A stretch of 64,000 bases of DNA from Balamuthia mandrillaris (lineage: Eukaryota): positions 186,001 to 250,000 of the forward strand of contig JAVKOQ020000023.1 of NCBI GenBank assembly GCA_031835245.2. The letters are read 5' to 3'. Below are positions 1 to 12,104 of this stretch, piece after piece. Position numbers and translations under genes: made by a program. The notes beneath the pieces were generated by a model, which did not search any database, had not been told where the DNA came from, and saw only the letters and a program-made list of their open reading frames with translations. How positions within the stretch are numbered: position 1 is the first letter of the stretch; every line of letters starts with the position of its first letter.

Positions 1-155
1 TCAATGTTGCCCGCCAACTAGAAGCCTTCAATATCTCATCGGTAAACTTTGAGAGCACAAGGACGACAATGTGGAATTGTGCCCGCCACTTCTCCACCGC
101 CACCAACATCGGCAGTCTCCCCCTCCTTTGCAACCTTGGCCTCCTCTCCCTCCAG

Positions 156-3100
156 TCACCGCCGCCAAGACGGTAACTTGGCGACCTTGACGGTAACCTC
201 TGCGGATTCCACCTTGCCTCCATCGTAGTACAGCACCGCTTGGTATCTGTGTTGTCCTTTGGCGGGTCTGTCCTTGCATGTGTAAGGGCGGGCCTTCACG
301 GTGGCCAACGGCCTTCCATTCTTCAGAAACTCCACTCTCCAGATGGTGTGATAGTTGTCCTTCAGATTCGCTGTCACTGTCAGCAAGGTATTCGCCACGT
401 ACTCCTTGCTGGCAAGAGGGGACGAGAGGGCAAGGGTTGGTGCGCCCCTCTCAGGAGCAACTTCCACGGAGGAGATGCCGGCTTCTTGGGAGGGAAAGGC
501 CAGATCAGCGAGAGGCAAAGCCACAGGCGTGGCAGCCACATGGGAGGCCAGACGAGAGGAAAGCACCCAACCCACAGCAAGGTGGTCGGCCCCGTACACT
601 TCGATCTGTCTGGCTTCGATGTAGTAGATGTGGCCTTCTTTCAGAGTAGCATAACCAGGCTGTTGTTACAATGCGGTGTTAAGCGCAAGAGCGAGGGAGG
701 GAGGTGAGGAGAATAACAAAAAGCAACTCACTCTGTCCATGCGCCATTCCCCCGGACCCGTCCAGCTTGGAAGATGGGTGACCTGCACTTTGTTTGCGGG
801 GTCGGAGTCGGAGGATAGGTACAGCCACGCCTCATCGTCACCAGCAAGGTAAAAGACGTACTCCCCTGACACGGGCGCCGTTATGTATCCCGATACAACA
901 CGGGTGTAGTCTTCTCCAGCCCATTCAGGTGTGGGGAAGCCCTCTAGATACCCTGTGTATGTCGGCGTTCCTATTGCCGTTTAGCGCAATGGGCATTCGT
1001 ATAAGAAGCTACAAATGAAAGGAGAAATGATTTATGCTTTATGGTGGAAAGGAAGAGCGCTTACCACTTGGAATTGAGTCTGGAGTCTGCCCATTCCATC
1101 TTCTCTCCAGCAGTCCCTTCTTGGCTTGCCCAGCCGGCATGCATACCACCGTCACTTGTCCGTAACCCACCACACCTGCCTCTGATGTTACCCTAACCAC
1201 CAACTGCTTTACCCAAGGAGCTTGCTTCGTGCTCACTTTCTTCAACAACAGCTTCCCAGTCTTCCTCACCTCAAAGTTACCGTCGGTATCGCCATAAACG
1301 ATGGCAACATTGGCCACTGGGGAGGTGGACTGGAAACGGATAACTCCAAGGAGGTCACCCACTTCGGCGGTGGCTTGATAGGTGATAATCGCTTTGTGAA
1401 CCACTGGAGCGCTGTCCGTCACGGCCATGATGTTGATGGTGAACTGCACCTCCTTGAAGGAACGAGCGTTGGAGAAAGGAATGCCATCCCCCTCCGCTCT
1501 GACTGTGAGACTCAACGAACTGGGAGCTCGAGGATGAACGTTCATAAGGCTCAGCTCCCCACTGAACTCATCCAGGAAAAAGATATTGTCGGGGTCGCCG
1601 GAGACTATGCTATAATGATGGATCTCTCCAGGGTCTGGATCCGTGGCTTTGAAAGTATGCAGCACGGAGTGGAGCTTGTCCTGCGGCACGTTCAGAGTGC
1701 CTGGATTGGACAGACTTTGGATGTCCGAGTTGCCGTTCCACTTGGCATAGTTTTTGGCTTTTATACTGTTGATGACAGCAGCGGAGATGCCGTAGCCCCT
1801 TTTGCCCAGCCCGTACCGCATGAAGTACGCTTGCAGGTCCCTCTCAGCGGCATCGCAGAACAGCAGGTAGAATCGGTTTCTGTAGTAGTTCACGTCCTCC
1901 TGGTCCAATGCGTCCAGATCGGTATCCACCACTTTGCCTTGTAGCCACGCCATCAAGCGGCTCAGGGCTGTGCGATAGAGCTCCCAGCCGAAGGCCTCGG
2001 CCAGGTTGAAGTAAAAGTCATAACCGTAGGGAGACCCACAGGCATCTGCCCAGGTGCTACTGCTGGTGAACATGTTTCTGGCGTTGATACGTTCATTGGC
2101 ATCCCAGGTGCTATGTATGTTGTTGTCCCAGGGAGAGCGGCGGTGGAGCAGTTGATAGAGAAGCCCTGGCACCAGGTTCACATCCACCTCACCATGAGTT
2201 GCAATGCCGTAGTTCCCATCAAAATCATCCTATGGCAGGAAGGGTGAGAGAAAGGGATACCAGCAAATGCTAGGAACAGGTGGGCATTACCTGAAAGGTA
2301 TGGCCGAGTTCGTGATAGTATCCCCAATCACCTGCCATCCGAATTTCCTTCACGGTTTCTGACCCATCCCCATACATCATCATCACCGGGAAGCCAGCGT
2401 GACCGTAGCCTGCCACGATGTTCCAGTCCCCCATGGCTGCCTCTCCTCGTTTTCGGTATTTGTCGTAGCCCATGTAATAGTCTGCCGTATCCATCACCTT
2501 TTGCCAAAAGTCTGCCACCTATTTGATAACTGTTTACCTCAAGACTTAAAAACTAAAGGGAGGCGAATGACCAACCTTTTGGGGTGCATCAAGTGCCTGC
2601 AGCGCAGCCCTGGGAGCATAAGCAATAAAAGTGGGAGTGTCTCCATATTTGGCCACATTCGCTGTGGCAATAAAGCCCCAGGACCCTGGATTGTTCTTCG
2701 TTTTTCTGTTAAACTTGTTCTCCGTTTCCACGCCAACCCGGTACACCGGGGCCTCTAACACTCGCTTCAACCTCACCGGCACCGTTCCGATTTTCTTGTT
2801 CGGAGGAGCCCAGAAGCGAATAAGCCCGCCAAACACGTTCCCGATAATGGTAGTCGGTGTCTTCAAAGCAAAGCGACGTTCGATCAAGGGGAAGCGGTTC
2901 CATTCCTCTCTGCCCCAAACGGCATCAACGTGGTGTCCGATCTGCACCACCAAGCCCTTGTTGGCAAACTCAGCAGGGATGATGATCTCCACCTTCTCTC
3001 CTGGGAAGGCGTAATATCCACTCTCGAATAACCTTCCTCGATCTCCCCAGTTCATGAAGTAGTCTCCCGGAACGTTATTCGCATTGAGAGTGATGGATCT

Positions 3101-4336
3101 GTCAACTCTAGACGCTGAGGAAGGAGGCAGACCCGGCCAGTGCACAGCGCAAGGGTGCACCCCACCCTCGAACAGCTGGCTGAAGGAGTTTGGCTCTTTT
3201 TCGAAGAGGGTGCTTTGATATCTTGCAACAACTACCTCCACCACGTGGATGTCGGGTATGATGGGGTTGGTCGTGGTGGGGCATATCCAGCCGTACTGCT
3301 CAGAGAGCGTTTGCAGGGCGGTTTGAAGGGAAGGCAAAGTAGGAGAGACCGCCAACACCTGCGATACTGACTGAGCGGCAATCTTAAGCTCGTCTTGAGG
3401 AAGAGGGGAGCTCTCTAGGTTCGTCATTCTATCCATGGCATTCAGAGCGGAGTAGAAAATTGGGAAGGCGGTGTTGGCAACACTCAGAGCTTGTTCTGCG
3501 CCATCGCCACTGAAAAAAAGGCCAAAGCGGGCAAAGACTTGGTTGGCGGAGGTCCTTTCGTCATCAGCCAAGGCCCATGGAGTGGATGCTCCGACGAGAC
3601 TACCCCCTCCTTCGATAAAGTCCAGCAAGTATTGTTTGGCAGCACCAGCACCGGTGGCGTGGAAGTTGAGCACTAGCACATCCACGCCTGTTGTTCCAAC
3701 GACAATTGTCCTCCTCCTTAGAACAGCAGAAAGGAGAGAGCCGAACAAACAACAAAATCACCACAAACCAGTGAGCTGGGCAGCTGTCACAGAGCTGATC
3801 GACTTGGTTTTGAAGTTACGCTTGGAGTAAAAAGAGCAACTCATGGTACCTCCACTGCATCCCACCGTGATGTCTTGCGGGTTGCTCGCTCGTCCTGCCC
3901 ACAAAACTGCGTTGGCCAATAACGACGCCCAGATGTTGTTGGCTTCGTTGTCATCGAAATAGTCGACAAAACGCGTGTGGGCAAACGCCACAGCCCTTGC
4001 GGCGTTGTCCGTTTGTCGGTCCTTGTAGCGACCGGCGGCTTCATAGGCATACCGACCGACAGCTTCTTTAGGTGCCGCTAACAAGACCGGAAAAGAGGTT
4101 CTGCCGCTAATCGCAATGGAACCTTTTCATGGTGTTCGTTTTTGTGAGGCACATGCGCAAGAAGAAAGAGGAACGCAAGACCTACCTGGCCACCCAGGTG
4201 AAACTGAAAAAGATTGACCTCGAACGCCTTCGGTAAGCGCAAGATAATCTGAACCGACGGCAGCCTGTCCCCTGCAGAGAGATAGCAGCCCCAACACCAA
4301 CGCAGCGGAGCATAAGAATAGCTGAAGCCTGTGCAT
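156..4336 (-). CDS. Secreted M60/enhancin-like (TCAF-like) zinc metallopeptidase with cadherin-like, PA14 and C-terminal Ig-like domains (multi-exon)
   Basis: Signal peptide MHRLQLFLCSAALVLGLLSLCRG; M60 N-domain-like (SGYYAFPGE, FGGLI); zinc motif WGYYHELGHTFQ followed by GEVDVNL; cadherin-like ATDPDPGE..YSIVSGD..F.LD..SGEL; PA14-like YVFYLAGDDEAWLYLS and ADHLAVGW; Ig-like VEFLKNG; exons joined by GT-AG introns. Confidence 0.8.
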
Positions 4337-5026
4337 CCCCTTGTAACTCTCAGTCGCTCATGCAGAGATTGGATAGTGACTCCTTCGTTTCGTGATGCTC
4401 AAGGGGCTTGTGGCTTGTCTGCCTTTCTTGCTTTGCACAAACAAACTGTAAGGTGTTTCCAAAAATGGGACAGAAGGCGTCGGCGAGAAGGAAGCAAAGA
4501 AAGAGCAGGAGAGAAGGCTTCCTCTTCATCAGAGTTCTGCTTCAGGTTCTGCCTCTTCTTACTCTGGTATGGTCAACATAGTGGTCTTCTCCCGTTCTTC
4601 TTCTCCTTCCGGGTTCTCTTCCGTGAAGAAAGAAGAACAAAGAGCAGTCTTATAATGAACGAATAGAAAAACGCCGACGAAATGACTGAAAACAACACCG
4701 CCAAGGGACAGGGCTAACGGTTCGCGTGCGCCAACTTAATAACGTTACAGCGATCTCCTTCCTGTTGAGCTTCACTTCCATAGCACGGCGACTAGAGCAA
4801 TTCATTTTGACCTCCTGCGTAAATGTCGGGCCGCAGGCGTTGCTCAAATCTTGGGTTTGAAAGGAAGCAATCCATGCTCCTCGCCATTGGTTGGCCAAAG
4901 GGAACCGCCTGCGTTTAAAGACTTCGTGTAGCTAAACTATCGCTGAAAATTGAATGGATAAATAACAACAGACACATTGCATTGTGCCTTCCGTAACGAC
5001 TACTCGCAGCGAACACGCCTTGGACC

Positions 5027-7022
5027 ATGCGGACTGTGCTACTCTCACTATGCGCCTTGCTCGGAGTGTGGGCCTTGGCGGTGCAGGGCCAGGAGCTTGC
5101 GGGCGGGTGGAGCAAAGCCCATGCCGACCTCCGCAACTCCAACGTGCACCCCACCACCGGTGCCATTCGTTCTCTTGACAACACTGAGGTACTTCTTCTG
5201 AACCGCAAGCCACTTTAACCTGTTTTTTATGAACTCCGTTGTGATGATACCTTACTTGTCTCAGTACGTAGAGGTGAGCGGTGCCGACTGGGGAAATGGA
5301 GGAGTAGCCCACGACCAAGAAGGAAATAGCTACTTCCCTGCCCTCAACACTCTTTACCAGCTCAACAAGGAGGGAAACTGGACCTCCGGCCCATTGTTGA
5401 CTGAATTTCAATATGGCCACCCTGCTGTGCCGGACAACGACAAAGTGGTGGTCCTTTCGCGAAACTCTGTGGATGTCTTCGACCTGGCCTCTCAGTCAAG
5501 CATTTCCACCTCATGGGTTCCACAGAAGGGGAATAATTTTCTGGGTGGTCCTTCCGCGGTTGTAGGTGCGTTCCCCTTGTTTCCCTTCTCCTCTTTATTC
5601 AGCCCCCAACAACACACACAACAGTGGATGGGCTGATCTACGTCCTCAACTCGGATGGAGAGATGATGGTCTTTGACTTTGACCTCCAACTGCAAGCCCT
5701 CAACAACGCCTCCCAATACGTGATTGGCGAGAACTTCACGCAGGACGTGTCGTTTTGCACGCCGGCCACGGATGGACAAGGCAACTTTTACTTCTTCACT
5801 GACGCCTATGAAACAGGCATGGTGTTTGCAATCCGTTTCCCTGAGAACGAACTCCTCTGGTATCACACGATGGCTGAGTTGGATCCTTTTCCTGAATTAA
5901 GTCCATACTGCTTCACTCATGGATCCCCTTCTCTCTCCAAGGAAGGCGACCGCTTGTTTATGGTTTGTTCTCTCTCCTCTCCTGCTTTTCAACCCTTCTG
6001 CTTCCCTGCTTACGGTTGACAACCTGTTGTGGGTGTCGTTGCTGCAGCCGGTGGGATGTTACAAGGAGCCTCTGAGTTCAGGTGGGGTGGTGGCCTTGGA
6101 CACAAGTAATGGAGACCTTGTCTGGGCCACAGCCATTACCGACCTTGAACCAGGAGATTACCACGCTGAAAACCTGGTGCCCACAATGAGTCCAGTGGAT
6201 GGGTGAGTCACACCACTTTCATGAGTGTGAATTGTTTCTGATGCAGAACCACCCCGTTTCTCTCCTCCAACAGGTCAATCATCACCCACTGGCTCGAGTT
6301 TTCGAACTGGCAGAACAACTCGTTGTCGATGGTGGTGGTGGGTCTGGATGCTGAAACAGGAGAGAAAGTTCATTTCCTCGAACTACTCCCTGGCGTTGTT
6401 GGTACATCTCCTTCGCCAGGAGCAGTCACGGCGGACGGAGTGTACTACCTTTCCATGGCCGGTGCGATTGTGGCAGTGGACTTGGAAAGCTTCGAGATGC
6501 TGTGGTACCGCAATGAAAGTTCGGTGGTCTCCCTCCAATCCATTTCCATTGCTGCTGATGGAAGCGTCTACTTCCCTCGTGGAGGGGATGGGCTTGCTGT
6601 GCTGAGTGCGTTCCTTCTTGTTGTCGTTTTTCTGTTGTTTTATCTCTCATCCATATCTTTTCTCTCACGTGTTTTGTTGTGCAGGATGCAAGGAAGATTT
6701 CGCTTTGGATGGCAGTGGAACATGCCGCGAGAGTTGCGCTCACGCCAATGCTCGCTTCATCGGCAGGAACCTTTGTGGATACGACTGCGGGGAGGAGGTG
6801 GCTGTGTTGTTCCCTTTGGAGGAGCCTGGTTGTGGTGCTTGCCACGAGAACCAGTTTTGGTCTTCGGAGGAGCTGGCTTGCGAGGAGTGTCCTCAAGGAA
6901 CAAGCAGTCCTGCTGGATCCATGGGTGCTAGTGCTTGTGTGGAAGACCCTGCTTCCTCTTCTTCTGAGGATGGTGATGGTTCTGGCAGCACCCGCCTTCA
7001 ATCCTCTGTATTATCCTTGTAA
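5027..7022 (+). CDS. Secreted PQQ/BamB-like beta-propeller protein with C-terminal Cys-rich (GCC2/3 ephrin-receptor-like) repeat, paralog A
   Basis: Signal peptide, then WSKAHADLRNSN; repeated VALDTSNGDLVW / VGLDAETGE / VAVDLESFEMLW blade motifs; CEECPQGTSSPAGS repeat; GT-AG introns. Confidence 0.7.
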
Positions 7023-7678
7023 ATGGGTTTGGTGGATGGGCTTCTTTCTTGTTCGTCTCCTTGCAAAACAACCCGCATGGAATGAAAAAAAAATGTATTC
7101 AATTGTGCTTCTCCCTCCCTCACCTGTAGTACCATCACGCGGCTCGCCCTAGAGAGGACGCGTCCTCTCCTGCGCGCTATACGTGTTCGAAAAGCAGGAG
7201 GAAGCGAGAACGAGAGCGAGGTCATGGGTCATCCTCGTTAACGTCGCGTCTCAGCTTCCCTTGCAGAACAGGCTTGAGGGGTCAATATGTCCGCAAAATA
7301 ATAATATCTATCGCTCTCCTGTCTGTCGACATTTAATAAACATTTTGTATATTCGGGGCGGAGAAGAGAGAGAGCATGCCAGCACATGACCGACGTGCAA
7401 TGGTTGGGTTTGGCGGTGGTCCTTGTCGACACTGATTTTTCCCGCGAAAAGTAGCAGGGAAGCGCAAGGACTTTTTTTGCTGCCCTCGGTACCCTTGCCA
7501 TTTCTTTTCGGTCACATACCGAAAAGATTGGCAGAGAGACCGCAAAGATACTTAAAAAAAAAAGAAAGAAGAAGAACAAGGGGAGCCTTCCTCGACGGGG
7601 AGAAGGACCAAACTTGCACTCGACCCTTCTTTTCAATTTTTTGGGATCACCAACCACGCCGAATAAAATAAAATAAAA

Positions 7679-10295
7679 ATGGCTAGCTTAGAGGATGGAA
7701 AACGGGCGAACGAGGAGGACGAAGCAGCACAGCTCGGAACCAGCCCAGGCGCGGGCGACTCGCCGGTGTGGCAACGGCCCACACCGACCACCACCCCCAG
7801 ACAGCACAACGGCGCCTCCAACAGAAGCCTGCGCGCTCGCAAGGACCACCGCGCGCAGGACGAGAGAGAGATCAGCTTCAAGCGGGGGGACGTCCTCCTG
7901 TTTGTGGACAAGGATGAGGAGGGGTGGGTCCTGGGCAAACACCCCAACGGACGGGCCGGTTGGTTCCCCATCGATTGTGTCACCGAAATTGTGCCTGTAC
8001 GTTTTTCCTCCTCCCATTTTTTTGTCTTCTTTACTTTGCTTTGTTTTTTCTTGTACTTCTTGTTCTCTTCTGCTTCTTGTTCTTCTTCTTCTTGTTCTTG
8101 TTCTTGTTCTTCTTCTTCTTCTTCTTCTTCTTCTTCTTCTTCTTCTTCTTCTTCTTCTTCTTCTTCTTCTTCTTCTTCTTCTTCTTCCTCCTCCTCTTCT
8201 TGTCTTTTTTATATCTATCGATGCCTACTCAAAAAAAAAATAATAGGAAGGCGACGAGCCTCTGCTGCCAAACAAAGATCCGGGCGTTCACCGACGCACC
8301 TTCCTGACGCACCGCGACAACATTAGCACCGATCTCAACACTTTTCTCAAGCAAAGGCCCAGCAAACAAGCCCTCAAAGAACAAAACATACTTCGTCGTA
8401 ATATTCATTCTTCATTTCTCTTTCTCTTGCGTTCTTCTTTTTTGTTTTTCTGTGCCTTCGCTTCGTTTTTTTTTTCTGCTCTTCTCATTTTTTTTTTCGT
8501 TTGTGTACACAGTCTCAACGGAAGTGGAGGCACAAGCCTCAGCAGCAGAGACAGACAAGAAGAAGGACGTGCTAGGCGCGTTGTTGCGGTGGAAAGCTCG
8601 AAAGTCTAACAAAGAGGACAACTCTGCTCCCTCTTCTGCCTCTTCGTCCTCCTCCTCCACTCCCTCTCTACCCACTTCGGCATCTTCTGGCAATCTCAAT
8701 AGCAGCAACTATAAGGATTACAAAAGCGGAAACATATCCCCTTCGACCTCTTTGAATTCGTTGGCTTTATCTGCGCCTCCTGGTCTCTCCTCTCACTCGC
8801 CTGCAAGCAGCCCTTCTCCAGGCCGGAAGGAGGTACTGCTTTCATTCTTATTTTTCTTGTCGTTTCATTTGTTTTAATATTCACTTGTTCCCTTTCCTTC
8901 TTTTCTATTCTTTTCTTTTTGTGTTTGTTCTATTGGAAAAAAAAAGTCGTCCAAAAGCAAGAAAGAGAAAGCAAAGGAAGCCAAGCGAGATTCAGCTAAT
9001 GCCAAAAGGGAAGCGAAACGTAAGAGCAAGCTTAAACGTTCTGAGGCATCCATGTTTATCGACAAGCTCAGCTCTCCTACCAGTTTTGAGCACCGCCTTC
9101 ACGTTGACTTTGAGTTCAATTGGGAGGGCGACCCTTTGGACGTGCTCAAGCTTTCGGATAAACTTGGCGAAGGGTTCTCTTTCTCTTTCTCTTTCTCTTT
9201 CTCTTTCTCTTTCTCTTTCTCTTTCTCTTTCTCTTTCTCTTTCTCTTTCTCTTTCTCTTTCTCTTTCTCTTTCTCTTCTCGTTAGTTTTCTTCTCTCGAT
9301 TCTCTTGTGCTATTCTTCATTCTCGATCTCTTTTTTGTTTGATTGCTAACAGAAGAACTTTTTTTTCCTAAAAAAATATGAACAGAGCGTATGGAGCGGT
9401 CTACAAGGCACAATACATACACACCAATTACGTGATGGCAGTGAAAATGGTGCCGTTTACACAAGATAAAAAAGCCCAAGATGAGGTTCGACAAGAAATA
9501 AACGTGCTCCGAAGATGCCGCCACCCCAACATCGTTAGCTACTACGGTTGTTGCGTTGCTGACAACATCCTTTGGGTACTCTTCTTTTCTTATATTTTCT
9601 TCACTCCTCTCTTCTCTTTTTTGTTGTCTTTTTCTATTCTTCTCTTCGTTGTTGTTCATTTGAGCTCCAAACAGATATTGATGCAATACTGTCAATTGGG
9701 ATCATTGGCGGACGTGATGAGCGTTCTTCGAACGGTGTTGGGCAAAGGGCTCACCGAACCACAAATTGGTGCTTTGTTGAAACAATCTTTGCAAGGTTTA
9801 GCCTTTCTTCATCAAGAAGACATTGCTGTGGTTCGTATCTCTCATTCTTTGCAACGCTTGAAACGAAAATGCCAGAAACATAAATCAAAAAATAAAAGTG
9901 AAACAAAAAGAAAAGACTGATAAACTTTAATTATTGCATTGAAACAGATACATCGAGACTTGAAAGCAGGAAACGTGTTGCTCTCCGAGGAAGGAGAAGT
10001 GAAGATTGCTGACTTTGGTATATCCTTTCAACAAACCGGATCTCGTTCCAAAGCTCAAACCTTGATCGGAACTCCTCTTTTTATGTCTCCAGAAATGCTC
10101 GACGGACAACGTTATGGTTTTGCTGTACGTCAAAAGGATCCTCTGCTTCTCTTGCTTGTTTCATTTGTTGTGATAAAGGAAAGATGTTAACCATAATGAC
10201 GCTACAGACTGACATTTGGTCGTTGGGTATCACTGCCATCGAAATGGCGGATGGGGTACCCCCCTATATAAGCGAGCATCCAATGCGAGTTCGTC

Positions 10296-10335
<40 letters not shown>

Positions 10336-11851
10336 CTCTTTGTTATTTGCTATCTTAAGAGTTAACAAAAGTATCGTTTTTTTAAACGAAAGGCGCTCTA
10401 TTTGCTGGTAACGAACGACTCGCCAACTGTAAAAGACCCCAAAGCATGGTCTCCCGAGTTCAATAGCTTTATCGCTGCTTGTCTCCAAAAAGAACCCACA
10501 AAACGTCCTTCTGCCAGCGAACTTCTCAACGTACATCTTCATGCTTTTCTTTTCTCTTTCTCTTTAAAGACTAAGCCCCTTCTCCTTTCCAAAACAGCAC
10601 CCATTCATAAAGAAAGTCAGAGACGACAAAAGCAAAGACATTCTGCTGGACTTAATCCAAACCTACCAAACCGCAAAACGCGACTTTAACGGCAGTTCTC
10701 AAGACAATAATAACAGCGGCGGAGGCGGCGGTTTTCGTCTAACAGACACTTCAGAGGGAATACAAAAAGGAGGACTCGGCCTGACCACACTCAGCAGCAC
10801 CATCATTCCTTCTAAACCAAAACACAACAGCGATAACTTTACACTCACGACGCTGAGCTCAGAGACTCTTCCAGCTGAAATCGCCTCTTCTCTGCGAGAC
10901 GCTTTGAAAGAAGCAACAAACACTGATGGAGGTGAAGCTGCCACGGAAGACCTCAACGATGGTGACGAGACCGAAGCAACAACAAACAATAACACCAACA
11001 CTCATCGTCTTCTCACAGAAGTAGAAAGTGAAACAAACAACAAAAATGAGGAAGGAGTTGTTTTTCACGATTTTGAGAAGACAAGACGGTTGACGCAGGA
11101 GCAGAGAGAAGCAAAGAAAGAGGCGTTAAGGAACTCGTTGTACATGAAAGAAACCGCTAAGAAGGAGCAACAAAAGGACGTTGCCGCGTTGCTTTCAGAG
11201 CGTCGCGTCTCGACCTCTGTGCAAGAAAAAGTTAAGCAGTTTGAGAAACCTGCTCCTGTTGCTCCCGCTTCCACTCCTGCTCTTGCTTCTGTTTCTTCTG
11301 CTCAGCTTCCACGTTCACCTCGTCCGGCAAGTGGCAGCTGTGATGCCACCAGCGGTACTAACAAAAACAACAACAGCAATGCTTCCCCGACTCACAAACG
11401 GCAACACTCTAGTCCGCCTCCTCTTGTTCATTCCAGGTGCTGCTTCTTTCCCTTGTCATTGCTTCCCCGCTCTGTTTCTCCTTCTCCTTCTCCTTCTCCT
11501 TCTCCTTCTCCTTCTCCTTCTCCTTCTCCTTCTCCTTCTCCTTCTCCTTCTCCTTCTCCTTCTCCTTCTCTTCCTTCCCTTTTTTTTCTTTCTAAGGGAT
11601 ATGCTAACCTACTCTCGTTTTCCTCCTCCATAAACCTAAATAGCAATTCATCATTGCATTTGTTGAGCCTCAACAACAACGTACCAGCAGGAATGGAACG
11701 GTATCTCCACATGACCGTCTACCAGTTGATACACGAGTTATCAACACTAACGGAGCGCTGTAACAACTTGGAGTTGGAACTTAAACGACTGAAGGAAGTG
11801 AAAAAACAGGGGGTGGAAACGAGCAACAATACCACCAACACCAAAACATAA
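7679..11851 (+). CDS. STE20-family Ser/Thr kinase with SH3, RPEL-like, CRIB and C-terminal coiled-coil regions (multi-exon)
   Basis: SH3 ([14 protein letters not shown]); CRIB ([13 protein letters not shown]); kinase motifs [38 protein letters not shown]. Confidence 0.9.
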
Positions 11852-11920
11852 AAGTATGTATGTTATACTTCAAAAAAAACCAACCAAATGTAAGCTTTCA
11901 AACAAAAGACACTGAGGAGA

Positions 11921-11970
<50 letters not shown>

Positions 11971-12104
11971 CGAGAAAGAGAGGCTTGAACGAAGCGAGGG
12001 ATGAGGATGGGGACTCAAACGAGAGAGAGAGAGAGAGAGAGAGAAGAGAAAGTAAAGACGGTTATTTTGCTCTACAAATGAGCGAAGTAATAACTCAAAC
12101 AACA

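Noticed and set aside
7020..7084. Possible stop-codon readthrough extending paralog A (TAA then MGLVDGLLSC)
   Set aside because: TAA-A is a poor readthrough context and the extension is not a clean GPI or TM signal
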